Assembly (NCBI RefSeq): GCF_009914755.1
Contig: NC_060925.1
Length of the DNA stretch: 64,000 nucleotides
From: the human T2T-CHM13v2.0 reference genome, Homo sapiens
Direction: 5' to 3' (one strand)
Of this stretch, positions 34,263 to 47,732 are shown piece by piece (position 1 is the stretch's first letter; every line of letters starts with the position of its first letter). A model generated the notes under the pieces. It saw nothing but the letters and a program-made list of their open reading frames with translations, was not told the DNA's origin and did not search any database. The position numbers were made by a program, and so were the translations under genes.

Positions 34263-35015
34263 TTATAATAATATCCTTTGCAGAAAATATATTCCGTAGT
34301 TTTAAGGGATAGAAAACATATTAAAGAACAAATAAATAGAATCTCTATTGATGTTCTCTACAGAATTATATAGAGAACATCAAGATGTTAAAAATGCCAA
34401 TTCCACCCAAGCATATCTTGCTTTTATGATCGAGCAGAAGGAAGAGTGAAGACGACTGCCATTCTCTAGCTCTGCAACATCAGGCAATTTACTTAAGCTT
34501 CTGCACTTAGTTTCTTCATGTAAAAAAAATAAGAGATTATAAAATTAAAGATAATATATAATAATATCTACATGTGTCTAATAAGGGTATCTGACATACA
34601 CAATGGTTGTAGGTGTTAGGTGAGTTTACAAATTTTTTTTAAACCACAGTGCCAGTTACACAGAAAGCACTGGTGTTTTTTTCCTCATCATGTGAGAGAC
34701 AGCGAGAAGTTTCAGAAAGTTCACACTCATCTACAAGGAAGGAGGCATAATTATCTTATTATGTAGTATTTTCAAGAAAAGAAAAGTAGTATTTTCAAGA
34801 AAAGAGGCTAATTCTGCTTCATGTCCTAGGAGAGGAGATAGAAGGTAATACAAACTTTGATAATTAAAGACAAGGGAATGGATTCCCCACAGGTAAAAAT
34901 TTAAGTTTCTATCTTTTTATTCATCTGTCAATAGCAATAAAGATTCCAACTGTGCTTTCTCTGATGATGGAAATATAAAAACATGTAAGATACTTATAGA
35001 TTTTTGCCTTTCCAG

Positions 35016-35065
35016 GAACCTAAAATCACATTGAAAATACACACTATTCAGATCAGTACTAAGAG
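35016..35065 (+). other. Candidate 50-nt 5' non-coding exon of OR2M2
   Basis: Acceptor TTTTTGCCTTTCCAG and donor GAG|GTAAGT. Confidence 0.55.
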
Positions 35066-35450
35066 GTAAGTTAACTAAGCCCAAGCAAGACTGTGTGGAA
35101 GCTAGCATCAAAATTTCTGCCGAACATGGTGATGATTGATTTCATTTCTTAAGTCATTTTTTGTGCTATGAATTTTATAAACATTATTCTACTTTATCTG
35201 TACAATATTACTTTGAGAAATGTGGTATCGCTTTAGGCAGAAGGAGTGGTTACCTGCCCCCGCTTACCAATGTGAAAGATTGGATAAAATCCATTATTTT
35301 TGTTTTTTATATCCTGGAATCCCAGATGTGAGAAATAAATTGATAGTGAATAGGTGTCAGAAGAGAAAAGAGCAGATGAGAACAGGATATAACCAAATGA
35401 TTTGAACATTTTTACCACATTCTCTTTTGTTTCAATAATTGTAGCTCATG

Positions 35451-35789
35451 CAGGATGAGAATCCCTAAACCAAAAATCTAATATCCAAAATACTCCAAAA
35501 CCTGAATCTTTTGACTGCTGACATAAGATTGTGACACTTTTGCTTTCTAATGTTTCAATGTACACAAACTTTCTCCCATATACAAAATTATTTTAAAATA
35601 CTGCATAAAATTACCTTCAGGCTATGTGTATATGGTATACAATGAATATAAATGAATGTTGTCTCCACACTTGGGTTCCATTCCCAGGATATATCATTAT
35701 CTACATGCAGATATTCCAAAGTCTGAAAAAAGCCTGAAATCTGCAATACATCTGGTCCCAAGCATTTCGGATAAGGAATCCTCAACCAG
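35451..35789. mobile_element. MER46C-like, paralogous copy
   Basis: Colinear with 583-922. Confidence 0.75.
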
Positions 35790-38700
35790 TTTAATGATTG
35801 CTTTACATTTGTCATGTGCTCTTCTAAAGCATTTACACATATTATTTAAATATTTTATTAAACTTCAAGTGTATAAAAATGTTTACAACAAATATGTTAC
35901 GTCTATATTTTGTAAAATGTTTTAAAATATTTACCAGTGCTTTTGAAAAACAATTTAACTCTCTCTGATCATGTGACCTTTCAGGTCCATTTTGTAGTAA
36001 TCATTATACCAGTATTGCTGTGCTTTATATATAATTTTTACATGTATGTTTAGGTTTCTCATAATAGGACTCATGAGGGTGTTCCCTGTGATCTACTTTG
36101 TTCATTCAGCATTCTATTGGTGAGACTCACCAATGCTACTTCTTGTAGTTATGGTTATAAATTCCATTGTCAGTGCACATGCAGGTTGCCTTTTTATATT
36201 ACAAGTAATGTTGCTATGCTCATTTTTGCAAATATGAGAGATGTGCTTTTTTGTTTCCTGATCATTTCTGTTACAAAAGGGTAAAGTCATTTTAGCAACC
36301 TCAGTGGATTACACAGCGGATTACACATGCTGTCTGACATTATTTCACATAATGCTTTACATTTTTTCATCAAATTTTGTTCACTCGATGTCTCTTTTCC
36401 ATCATCTCACTCAGTGACTTCTCAATTTCCGACCATGATTTTCATGGTTTCTGTGTTACTATTGCTCTGGCATGTGCACAGCACCACACTGTCATGAAAT
36501 CTGATGACTATTCTTCCAGACGTGATAAGGTTAATATATAAAAAGACATTTGAAAAATCTAAATGTATGCACCATCTTTTTACAAAATTATGGAGTTGAT
36601 TACAAAAGAAACAGTGTGAATTCAATAAAATAAATAAAAATAGAAGCATAAAATTACAATTAAGGAAAAGAAATACTTGTCAGGCAATGTCTAATCCAAA
36701 TTCAAAATGTTGTACGTCATTATGTGAATACTTTTGAGATGTCAATAGGTATTCTGAAAAAAAATAAAAAACAAGATGTCATAATTTCAGATCCATTTTG
36801 ACAAAGCTGCTTTTTATATTCCTCCTACTACAGTGCTGAAACTCAGAATGTTCTTTGTTTGGCAATGAATAGTCCTATAAACTTGGAGTTGCAGAAATAT
36901 TTCATCACAGATCCATTTTTATAGGAATATATACAGATACCTCTTGGAAACCCAATTTTACCTTCACTGCATTTTCAGATTGTTTATATCCTGGATAACT
37001 TACACTGAGCTTCAGGATTGGGTTTCACATTCCTAGTGCCTAAAGATAAGTACAATCTGTCACATGTATCTTAGAAGAAATATCTAATTTTCATGAGAAA
37101 CAACATTATTTTTCTTTATAGGATTTTATTGAATAAATGTTCATACAGATCTTAACATAGAAGGTACAGGTGCTCAATATTTTCAATATTATCACTGTTT
37201 GTTATAAATTTGTGATATAGCTTGACACATTCTCTGTGACAGGACAAACTCAATGAAGACAATTGTCAATGAAGATAGTTTTAGTAACTGGATATGAAGG
37301 GAAATTTGAGGCAATGAAAGGAGGTGACAAAATACAAGACAAATAAGTGTGTGTTTGTATAAGTTCATCCTAAACTAATGTAACTGAGAAAATTCAGAGG
37401 GTTATGTAGATTTACATTTGTTATTCAATTTTGTTTTAATGCTTCATCATTCAGTAGAGTTTAAAACATATGTCGTAGAAATGTCTAAAAGGTAGAATAG
37501 AATTACTCAACATTTTACATCCATTTAGTGACTGGGAAGGAATGATTCTCAAATGTAAAGAACACTTTGCCAACTTAAAAAGATATATAGGTATAAGCTA
37601 ACTAGACCAGATAGCTTCCTTCTTGGAGTAATACTGCAGACTGACCTAAGGAAAAATTATGGTGGAAATTTAAGATAATACAATTTTGTTTGGATTTATT
37701 GGTGTCTTACAACAGTTGACAAGATCAAGATAACTGGGAAAGCTATGGTACGATGGTCAAAATAGGTCATTCCATAAAGGAAGTTGATATGAATTATTTT
37801 CTTGAAGCAAATTCAGCTCATAAGCACTGGAAATTATTGAGGCAATACAAAGTTTTTTCCCCTGATTGACCTTAACAGACTACCTCCTTTGAGGACAACA
37901 TAACAAGGGAAACTTAGGGTAGGAAACCCTGAACACAAGAGATCCCAGAGATGCCCATTACTGCTTATCAAGATGTTGACTTGACCTGGATCTGAGCTAC
38001 CAAACAGGTTTATCCAACTTCTTGATAACCATTTTTTAAAAACCGGAATGGAAGTTGAGACCTGTTTCTCTCTTCATGCTGATTGACAAAAATGATTTGT
38101 TTTTCTTTTAGAGATTGCTATTCTATCTCATGAGTGTCACATAAGGAGGTTCCTTCTCTACCTTCCCAGCACTGAAGAGGCATTTTTTGGTAGGTTAGTA
38201 TTTCCACATAACAGCTGTTCTTGAATGAAAATTTAAAACTGCTTTTGAGAGGTTTTTTCTTTCTTATTCACAATATTATTCACAATTTATATAAATAAAT
38301 AAAACTCAAAGAGGTATACTTTACTACCCACCTATTTAAAAAATTGTATTTCACCCCATGAGGACAAATTCTAGATTCCATCTCCTCTGCAGATTTCTTC
38401 TAACTCTCTTGTTGCTCCTGGTTTATTCAGCTTTCATTGTTGTTTTTAGTCTCTTCATAAAAATGTGATGCATGAATAAATTAAAAAAGCACATTTCTGT
38501 CTAATGAACCTACTCACTAGGCATATCTTTCTGTTTATGACCTCATTTTTTTATTGCCCATAATAATCTCCCTTCACACATTGGCTTTGCTCATACATTT
38601 ATAATTATCTCATACGATAAAAACTAAATGCCACAACATACAAGCAACATACCTTAAATTAGAAAACCATGTTTTTATTCCCACAATCTTCTATACATTT

Positions 38701-39127
38701 CTATTTTCTCTGTGTATGTTCTAATTATTGCATTTCATTTTGTGGAATGCATAGATGTACAACCCTTTCCTGTGATCTGGTCTCTTTCTCACCTCCTCAG
38801 AGTCTTTGTCAAATGCCACTAGATGTGTGAGATTTCCCTTGACTACTCTGTTCAAAGATGAACATGCTCACACAATTCTAACACCCATCTTTGACTTACT
38901 TTTCTCCAAAACATTTATCCTTTTATGATATAAAGTGGTTTATAGTCATCATCTGATCGCACTCACTATGACCTGTATGAACAGGGGCTTTCTTTGATCT
39001 AATTACTGTGGTAGCCACAGTGGTCAACATATAGCCAGACTTCACAAGTGTTGTTTGAAAGGGTGGATCTCATGCTTTTCTGAATTTCTGTTTTTGTATG
39101 TACTTATTTTCTAGAGGAGATATTGTG

Positions 39128-39563
39128 TGTATTAGTTTCCTAAGAATGCCAATACAGAGTATCTCAAACTGATTACCTTGAAACAACATAAATTTACCTC
39201 ACAGTTCTGGATTTCAGAAATCTGAAATCAAGATGTCAGCAGTGTTGGTTATTTCTGAGGGCTCTAAGAGGACGAATCTGTCCCATTCCTCTCTCCCAGG
39301 TTCCTGTGATAACTAACAGTTGTTGGCATTTCTTGGTTTGTAGATGCATCACTCCAGTCGCTGCCTCCCCTATCACATGGTATTCCCAGTGTCTCGGTCT
39401 TCACATGGCCACTGTCTTATCAGAACGTGAGTCATATTGCATTAGAGAGACCCACTGTGCTCCAATATTACCTCACATTAACTAATTACCGTCTTTACGT
39501 ATTTCCAAACAAGCTCACACGCTGAGTATCTTTTTGGGAAGAAATATAATTCAATCCATAACA
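39128..39563 (-). mobile_element. MLT1 solo LTR, paralogue
   Basis: Colinear with 4282-4720. Confidence 0.75.
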
Positions 39564-40179
39564 CTGGGCTAGAGAAAAAGCGCCTAGGTTTTAGATATGC
39601 ATAATTGAAAATCTTTCCAGTGTATCCACTTACCATATACAACAAAGCTTACTATAAAGTGTAGATCAAATATTCTAAACTGTAAAGTAATAAGCAAACA
39701 TACAGATTTTGTTAACACTGGTGTAAAAATGCCTATTATGAGAGCGAAGCATACATTTATTCTACATTTGTAGTATTGTGTTGGTCACATGTTGACTGAA
39801 GCTGAATTAGCCTATCAATTTATCTCTGAAATACTTCTCGTGTTTTAGGAACTATCTGTTTGCTTTGGAGACATATTCTTTTTGGAAAACTCCGTCAATC
39901 ATTTATTAGATATTTTTATTCTAATTTTTCAATTGAAAAAGGATGCCCAGAATAAATCTTAGAACAAGCTCCATAATTTTATAAGTGATGCTGTATTGAA
40001 AGAACATATTTCGTTCAGATTCTATACTTCTTGACCTTTTAGTTTCCTACTTCTATTCATGCTGTATTGATCACCCAACTACAGAATTTACCAAAATCAC
40101 ACGATTTATAAGACACTGGGTAAATGTTTACCAAATTAATAAGATGGTTTTGTGGTACTAGGTAAAAAGCACATTCATC

Positions 40180-41223
40180 ATGGCATGGGAGAATCAGACC
40201 TTCAACTCCGACTTCATCCTCCTTGGAATCTTCAATCACAGCCCACCACACACGTTCCTCTTCTTTCTGGTCCTGGGCATCTTTTTAGTGGCCTTCATGG
40301 GAAACTCTGTCATGGTTCTCCTCATCTACCTGGACACCCAGCTCCACACCCCCATGTACTTCCTCCTCAGCCAACTGTCCCTCATGGACCTCATGCTCAT
40401 CTGCACCACCGTACCCAAGATGGCCTTCAACTACCTGTCTGGCAGCAAGTCCATTTCTATGGCTGGTTGTGTCACACAAATTTTCTTCTATATATCACTG
40501 TCTGGCTCTGAATGTTTTCTTTTGGCTGTTATGGCTTATGACCGCTATATTGCTATTTGCCACCCTCTAAGATATACCAATCTCATGAATCCTAAAATTT
40601 GTGGACTTATGGCTACCTTCTCCTGGATCCTGGGCTCTACAGATGGAATCATTGATGCTGTAGCCACATTTTCCTTCTCCTTTTGTGGGTCTCGGGAAAT
40701 AGCCCACTTCTTCTGTGAATTCCCTTCCCTACTAATCCTCTCATGCAATGACACATCAATATTTGAAGAGGTTATTTTCATCTGCTGTATAGTAATGCTT
40801 GTTTTCCCTGTTGCAATCATCATTGCTTCCTATGCTCGAGTTATTCTGGCTGTCATTCACATGGGATCTGGAGAGGGTCGTTGCAAAGCTTTCACGACCT
40901 GTTCCTCTCACCTCATGGTGGTGGGAATGTACTATGGAGCAGCTTTGTTCATGTACATACGGCCCACATCTGATCACTCCCCAACGCAGGACAAGATGGT
41001 GTCTGTATTCTACACCATCCTCACTCCCATGCTGAATCCCCTCATCTACAGCCTCCGCAACAAGGAGGTGACTAGAGCATTCATGAAGATCTTAGGAAAG
41101 GGCAAGTCTGAGAGTGAGTTACCTCATAAACTTTATGTTTTGCTGTTTGCTAAATTCTTCTTTCTAATATCCATCTTTTTCTATGATGTCAAAATACTAG
41201 CATTGATTATGTACATTGCCTAA
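40180..41223 (+). CDS. OR2M2: Olfactory receptor family 2 subfamily M, 347 aa, with extended hydrophobic C-terminus
   Basis: All OR motifs present (MAYDRYIAICHPLRY, PMLNPLIYSLRN). The 347-aa length is as recalled for OR2M2. Confidence 0.93.
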   Translation: MAWENQTFNSDFILLGIFNHSPPHTFLFFLVLGIFLVAFMGNSVMVLLIYLDTQLHTPMYFLLSQLSLMDLMLICTTVPKMAFNYLSGSKSISMAGCVTQIFFYISLSGSECFLLAVMAYDRYIAICHPLRYTNLMNPKICGLMATFSWILGSTDGIIDAVATFSFSFCGSREIAHFFCEFPSLLILSCNDTSIFEEVIFICCIVMLVFPVAIIIASYARVILAVIHMGSGEGRCKAFTTCSSHLMVVGMYYGAALFMYIRPTSDHSPTQDKMVSVFYTILTPMLNPLIYSLRNKEVTRAFMKILGKGKSESELPHKLYVLLFAKFFFLISIFFYDVKILALIMYIA

Positions 41224-41349
41224 CATATTTATGGGCACCTATACAATTTATTTCAGGTAAACCATTTTATATATTTATTTTTGTATATTCAATTCAGTTA
41301 TGACTACAATATAAGTCATTTTCAATAAGGACACTAAAGTATTTCTTTA

Positions 41350-44300
41350 AATTACTTTTTAATTTCAATATCTTTTTGGGGAACAGGCGGTGTTTGGTTT
41401 CATTAATAAGTTCTTTAGTGGCGATTTCTGAGATTTTGGTGCACCCATCATCCAAGCAGTGTTCACTTTATCAAATGTGTGGTCTTTTATCCCTTGCCAC
41501 CCCCCACCGTTTCCACTAAGTCCCCAAAGTTTATGGTCTCATTTTTATGCCTTGGTGTCTCATAGCTTAGCTTGCACATATGAGTGAAAACATGTGATGT
41601 TTGGTTTTCCATTCCTGAGTTATTTCACTTTGAATAATAGTCTCCAATTCCAACCAGGTTGCTGCAAATCCTATTAATTCATTCCTTTTTATGGCTGAGT
41701 TATATTCCGTGGTAATTTATATATATCTCACATTTTCTATATCCACTCCTTGATTGATGGGCATTTAGGCAGGTTCCACATTTTTGCAATTGCAAATTGT
41801 GCTCCTAAAAACCTGCAAGTATAAATATCTTTTTCATTTAATGACTTCTTTACTTCTGAGTATATACCTAGTAGTTGTATTACTGGATCAAATGGTAAAT
41901 CTACTTTTAGTTCTTTAAGGAATCTTCACATTGTTGGCCATAGTGGTTGTACTGGTTTACATTCCCACCAAGAGTGTAAAAGTTTTCCCTTTTCACTGCA
42001 TCCATGCCATCATCTATTATTGTTTGATTTTTTTATTATGGTCATTCTTGCAGGAGTGAGGTGGTATTGCACTGTGGTTTTGATTTGCATTTCCTTGATA
42101 ATTAGTGATGTTGAGCATTTTTCCATATGCTTGTTGGCCATTTGTATATCTTCTTGTGAAAATTGTCTGTTTATGTCCCTTAGACCACTTTTTGATGGGA
42201 TTGTTTGTTTTCTTCTTGCTGATTTGTTTGAGTTCTTTGTAGATTCTGGATATTATTCTTTTGTCAGCTGTATAGATTGTGAAGATTTTCTTCCACCCGA
42301 TGGGTTGTCTGTTAACCCTGAGGATTATTTCTTTTGCTGTGCAGAAGCTTTTTAGCTTAATTAAGTCCTCTCTGTTTATCTTTGTTTTGTTTGTTTGTTT
42401 CTTTTTTGCATTTGCTATTGGGTTCTTGGTCATGAAGTCTTTGCCTAAGCCAATGTCTAGAAGGGTTTTTCTGATTTTATCTTCTAGAATCTTTATGGTT
42501 TCAGGTCTTAGATGTAAGTCTTTGATCCATCCTGAGTTGATTTTTTATAAGGTGAGAGATGAGGATCCAGTTTCATTCTCCTACATGTGGCTTGCCAATT
42601 ATCCCAGCACCATCTGTTGAATAGGTTGTCCTTTCCCTACTTTATGTTTTTGTTTGCTTTGTTGAAGACCAGTTGGATGCAAATATTTTGGTTTATTTCT
42701 GGGTTCTCTCTTCTGTTCCATTGGTCTATGTGCCTATTTTTATACCAGTACCATGCCGTTTAGTGACTGTGGCTTTAGAATATAGTCTGAAATTGGGTCA
42801 TGTGATGCCTTCAGATTTGCACTTTTTGCTTAGTCTTGCTTTGGCTATGTAGGCTTTTTTTTTGGTTCTATATGAATTTTAGAAATGTTTCTTCTAGTTC
42901 TCTGAACAATGATGGTGGCATTTTGATGGGAATCTCATGGAATTTGTAGATTGCTTTTGGCAGTATGGTCATTTTCCACTATTGATTCTACCCATCCATG
43001 AGCATGGGATGTGTTTCCATTTTTTGTGTTGACAATGATATTTTCCTCAGTTTTTTATAGTTTTCCTTGTAGAGGTCTTTTACCTCCTTGCATAAGTATA
43101 TTCCTATGTTTTTGGTTTTGGCTTTTTGCAGCTATTGTAATAGGGATTGAATTCTTGATTTGATTCTCTGCTTGGTCGCTGTTAGTGTATAGCAAAGCCA
43201 CTGATTTGTGTGCATTAATTTTGTGTCCTGAAACTTTGCTGAATTCATTTACCAGTTCTAGGAGCTTTTTGAATGAGTCTTAAGGGTTTTCTAAGTATAT
43301 ACTTATATCATCAGTAAACACTGAGTTTTACCTCCTCTTTACCAATTTGGATGCCCTTTACTTATTTATCTTGTCTTACTGCTCTAGCTAGGACTTCCAG
43401 TACTATCTTGAATAGGAGTGGTGACAGTGGATATCCTTGTCTTATTCCAGTTCTCAGGAGAAATGCTTTCAACTTTTGCCCATTCAGCTTAATGTTGGCT
43501 GTAGGTTTGTCATAGATGGTTTTGATTATATTATGATAATTCCCTTCTATGCCGATTTTGCTGATGATTTTAATCGTAAAGGGATGCTGGATTTTGTCAA
43601 ATGCTTTTTGTGTCTATTGATATGATAATGTAATTTTTGTTTTTAATTCTGTTTATGTGGTTTATCACATTTATTGACATACATATGTTAAACCATTCCT
43701 GCATTCCCGGTATGAAACCCACTTGATCATCGTGGATTATCTTTATAATATGCCGTTGGATTCAGTTTGCTAGTATTTTGTTGAGGAGTTTTGCATGTAT
43801 GTTCATCAGGAATAATGGTCTGCAGTTTTCTTTTCTTGTTGTTTCCTTCCCTGATTTTGGTATTATGGTGATAGTGGCTTCAGAGAATGATTTAGGGAAG
43901 ATTCCCTCTTTATCTTTTGGAATAATGTTAGTAGGATTGGTACTAATTCTTCTTTGAATGTCTGAAAAAATTCAGCTGTGAATATCTCTGGTCTTGGACT
44001 TTATTTTGTTGGCCTTTTTCTTTTTTTATTTTTAAATTACCATTTCAGTCTCTCTGCTTGTTATTGGTCTGTTCATAGATTCTGTATCTTCCTTGTTTAA
44101 TCTTGGAGGTTTATATATTTCCAGAAATGTATCCATCTCCTCTAGGTTTTTTAGTTTATGTGCAGAAAGGTGTTCACAGTAGCCTTGAATAATCTTTTGT
44201 GTTTCTGCGGTACCGATTGTAATACCGCCTGTTTCATTTCTAATTGAGCTTATTTGGATCCTCTCTCTTCTTTCTTCGTTAATCTTGATAATTGCCTATT

Positions 44301-47300
44301 AATGTTATTTGTCTTTTCAAAGAACCAGCTTTTTGTTTCACTTACCGTTACATTGATTTTGGTTTCAATTTCGTTTAGTTCTGCTCTGACGTTTCTTATT
44401 TCTTTTCTTCTTCTGGGTGTGGGTTTGGATTGTTTTTGTTTCTCCAGTTCAGTGAGGTATGACCTTAGATTGTCTATTTGAGCTCTTTCAGACTTTTTGA
44501 TGTAGGCATTTACTGGTATGAACTTTCCTCTTAGCACTGCTTTTGCTGTGTCCCAGAGGTTTTGATAGGTTATGTTAACTATTATCATTCAGTTTAAATA
44601 ATTTTTAAATTTCCAACCTCGTTTCAACGTTAAGCCAATGATCGTTCAGGAGCAGATTATTTAATTTCCATGTATTTGCATGGTTTTTAGAGTTCACTTG
44701 GAAGTTGATTTTCAATTTTGTTCCACTGCAGTCCAAGAGAGTACTTCATAAAATTTCAATTTTCTCAGTTTTACTGAGGCTTGTTTTGTGGCCTATCATA
44801 TGGTCTATCTTAGAGAATATTTCATATGCTGATGAATAAAATGTACATTCTGCAGTTGTTGGGTAGAATATTCTGTAAATATCTAGGTCCTTTTGTTGTG
44901 GTGTATAGTTTGAGTTCATTGTTTCTTAGTCAACTTTCTATTTTGATGACATGTCTAGTGTTCTCTGTTGAGTATTAAAGTCCCCAAGTAATTCTGTGTT
45001 GTTGACTATCTGATTTCTTAGGTCTAGTAGTAATTGTTTTATTAATTTGGATTTCCACAGTTAGGTGCATATATATTTGTGATTTGGTATATTCCTCTTG
45101 CACTAATCTGTTTATCATTATATAATGTTCCTCTTTGCCTTTTGTAACTGCTGTTACCTGAAGGTTTTGCTTTTTATGATATAAGAATAGCTATTACTGC
45201 TTGCTTTTGGTGTCCATTTACATGGAATATCTTCTTCCACCCCTTTATCTTAAGTTTATGTGAGTCCTTATATGTTAATTGAGTCTCCTGAGGATGCAGA
45301 AACTTGTTTGTCAAATTCCTATCTATTCTGCCACTCTGTATCTTTTATATGGAACATTTAGGCCAATATATTAATGTTAGGATTGAGATATGAGGTACTA
45401 TTCTATACATTGTGCTATTTGTTGCCTGAATACCTTTGTTTATTTTCATTCTGTTATTGTTATATAGGTCCTGTGATATTTATGCTTTAAGGAAGTTCTA
45501 TTTTGGTGTATTCCAAGAATTTGTTTCAAGGTTTAGAACTCCTTTTAGCAGTTCTTGTAGTGCTGGCTTGGTAGTGGTGAATTCTCTCAGCTTCTCTTTG
45601 CCTAGAAAAGAGGATGCCTTTCCTTCATTTGTGAGGCTTCGTTTCACTGAATACAGAATTATTTGCTGATAATTGTTTTGTTTAAAGAGGCTGAAAACAG
45701 GACCCCAGTCCCTTCTAGCTTGTAGGGTTTCTGCTGAGAAATCTGCTGTTAATCTGGTAGGTTTTTCTTCATAGGTTACCTGATGCTTTTGTCTCACAGC
45801 TTTTACAATTTTTTCATTCATCTTGACTTCAGTTAACATGTTGGCTATGTGCAATGATCTTTTTGCAATGAATTTCCTGGGTGATGTTTGTGCTGCTTGC
45901 ATTTGGATGTCTAGGGCTCTAGCAAGGCCAGGGAAGTCTTCTTCAATTATTCCCTTGAATATATTTTCCAAACTCTTAGATTTCTCTTCTTCCACAGGAA
46001 CACCAATTATTCTTATGTTTGGATATTTAACATAGTCCCAAACTTCTTGGAGGCTTTGTTCATTACTTAAAATTATCTTTTCTTTGCCTTGGATGGATTG
46101 GGTTGACTTGAAAACCTTGTCTTCAATCTCTGCGTTCTTTCTTCTGAGTGTTCAATTCTATTTGTCAGACTTACCAGTGCATTTTGCATTTCTTTCAGTG
46201 TTTCCTTGATTTCCAGAAGTTATGACATTGTTTATGCTATCTATTTCACTGAAGAATTTTCCTTTCAGATTCATATTCTGTATTATGTTTTTTATTTCTT
46301 TAAGTTGGACTTCACCTTTATCTGTTTCCTCCTTGATTAGCTTAATAATCAAACTTCTGATTTTTTTCTGGCAATTCAGAGATTTTGTCTTGGTTTGGAT
46401 CCATTTGTGGTGAGCTGCTGTGATCTTCTGGGGGTATTAATGAATCTTGTTTTGTCACGTTACCAGAATTGTTTTCCTGGTCCCTTCTCATTTTGGTAAA
46501 CTATGTCTAAAAGAAGATCTGGGGTTTAAGGACTGCTGTTCAGATTTCTTTGACCCACTGGGTGCTCCCTTTACATGGTGTTCTCCCCCCTCCCCTAGGA
46601 ATGGGGCTTCCTGACATCCAAACTGTAGTGGTTGTTTTTGCTGTTCTGTTTCTAGCCATGCCGTGGAGCCACCAAGCTCTGGGCTAGTATTTGGCAGTGT
46701 CTGCAAAGAGTCATGTGATGTGATCCGTCTTCGGGTTTTGCAGCCATGGATACCAGCACCTGCTCCAGCGGAGGTAGCGGGGGAGTGAAGTGGACTCTGT
46801 AAAGGTCTTCAGTTGTGTTTTTGTTTATTGTGCTGGTTTTGTGTTGCTTGGCCTCCAGCCAGGAGGTGGTGCTTTCCAGAGTGCATCAGCAGTGGCCCTG
46901 TAGGGATGATGCAAACTTGCCCTAAGATCACCTGGTCAAGTATTCAGGTTTCTCAAGTGATGGGTGAGGCCATAGAGGTAACAAGAGATTATGACCTTTG
47001 TCTTCAGCTACCAAGGTGGGTAGAGAAAGACCACCTGGTCAGGGCAGGGATTGCTGTGTCTGAGCTCAGCCTTTTCTTGGGTGGGGCTTGCTGCTGCTGC
47101 TGCTGTGGGGGAAATGGGCGTGCAGTTTCCAGTCCAATGGAATTATGTTCCCAGGGAGATTATGGCTGCCTCTGCTGCAACACACAGGTCACCAGGGAAG
47201 TGAGAGAAAGCCAGCAATCACGGGCCTCACCCAGCTCCCACGCAGAAGGCAGTCCTAAAGGCCAGTCCTACTCCCGCCGTGCCCCCACAACAGCACCAAG

Positions 47301-47575
47301 TCTATTTCCAGGCAGCTGGTGACCAGGGCTGAGAATTTGCCCCAGACCATGAGCCTCTCTGTTGAGAAAGCAAATGGACTCACAGGTTTTCAGTGTCTCA
47401 GGGAGCCTGCAGTGGTGATCCAGTTCCTTCAAAGGATCTGTGGATTCTCTCAGCTTTCCTGGTATGTTCCTGCAGTAGTTCTTGGAGCAAAAATCCACAT
47501 TGTGAGTTTCCACACACTACACTGTCCATCTGAGTGGGAGCTGCAAGCTAGTCCTGCTTCCTATCCACCATCTTA
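41350..47575 (-). mobile_element. Paralogous copy of the L1PB-type element, 3' of OR2M2
   Basis: Colinear with 6490-13150 at the same position after the OR stop, so it inserted before the duplication. Confidence 0.85.
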
Positions 47576-47732
47576 ATTCTAGTCAGGACATTAAAGTTTG
47601 TTTTTATTCAGTATCATAAATTTTGTGGTATGCAGCCAGGTAGCCAGCAAGTCTTTTTTTTTCCTAAAGTATAAACTCAAAATTTTATTGAGCCTCTTGA
47701 AGCTCACTTTGGAATAAACGTTAATACATTGT

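Larger units (their letters stand above)
34875..47728 (+). repeat. Segmental duplication unit homologous to 1-13298 and 57303-64000
   Basis: GGGAATGGATTCCCC recurs at 1, 34875 and 57303, followed by the same ordered elements. Homology with unit 1 ends at GTTAATACA (13298/47728). Confidence 0.92.

Noticed and set aside
34763-34806. Short tandem duplications here, at 7061-7098 and at 21094-21160
   Set aside because: Ordinary slippage events with no sign of function.
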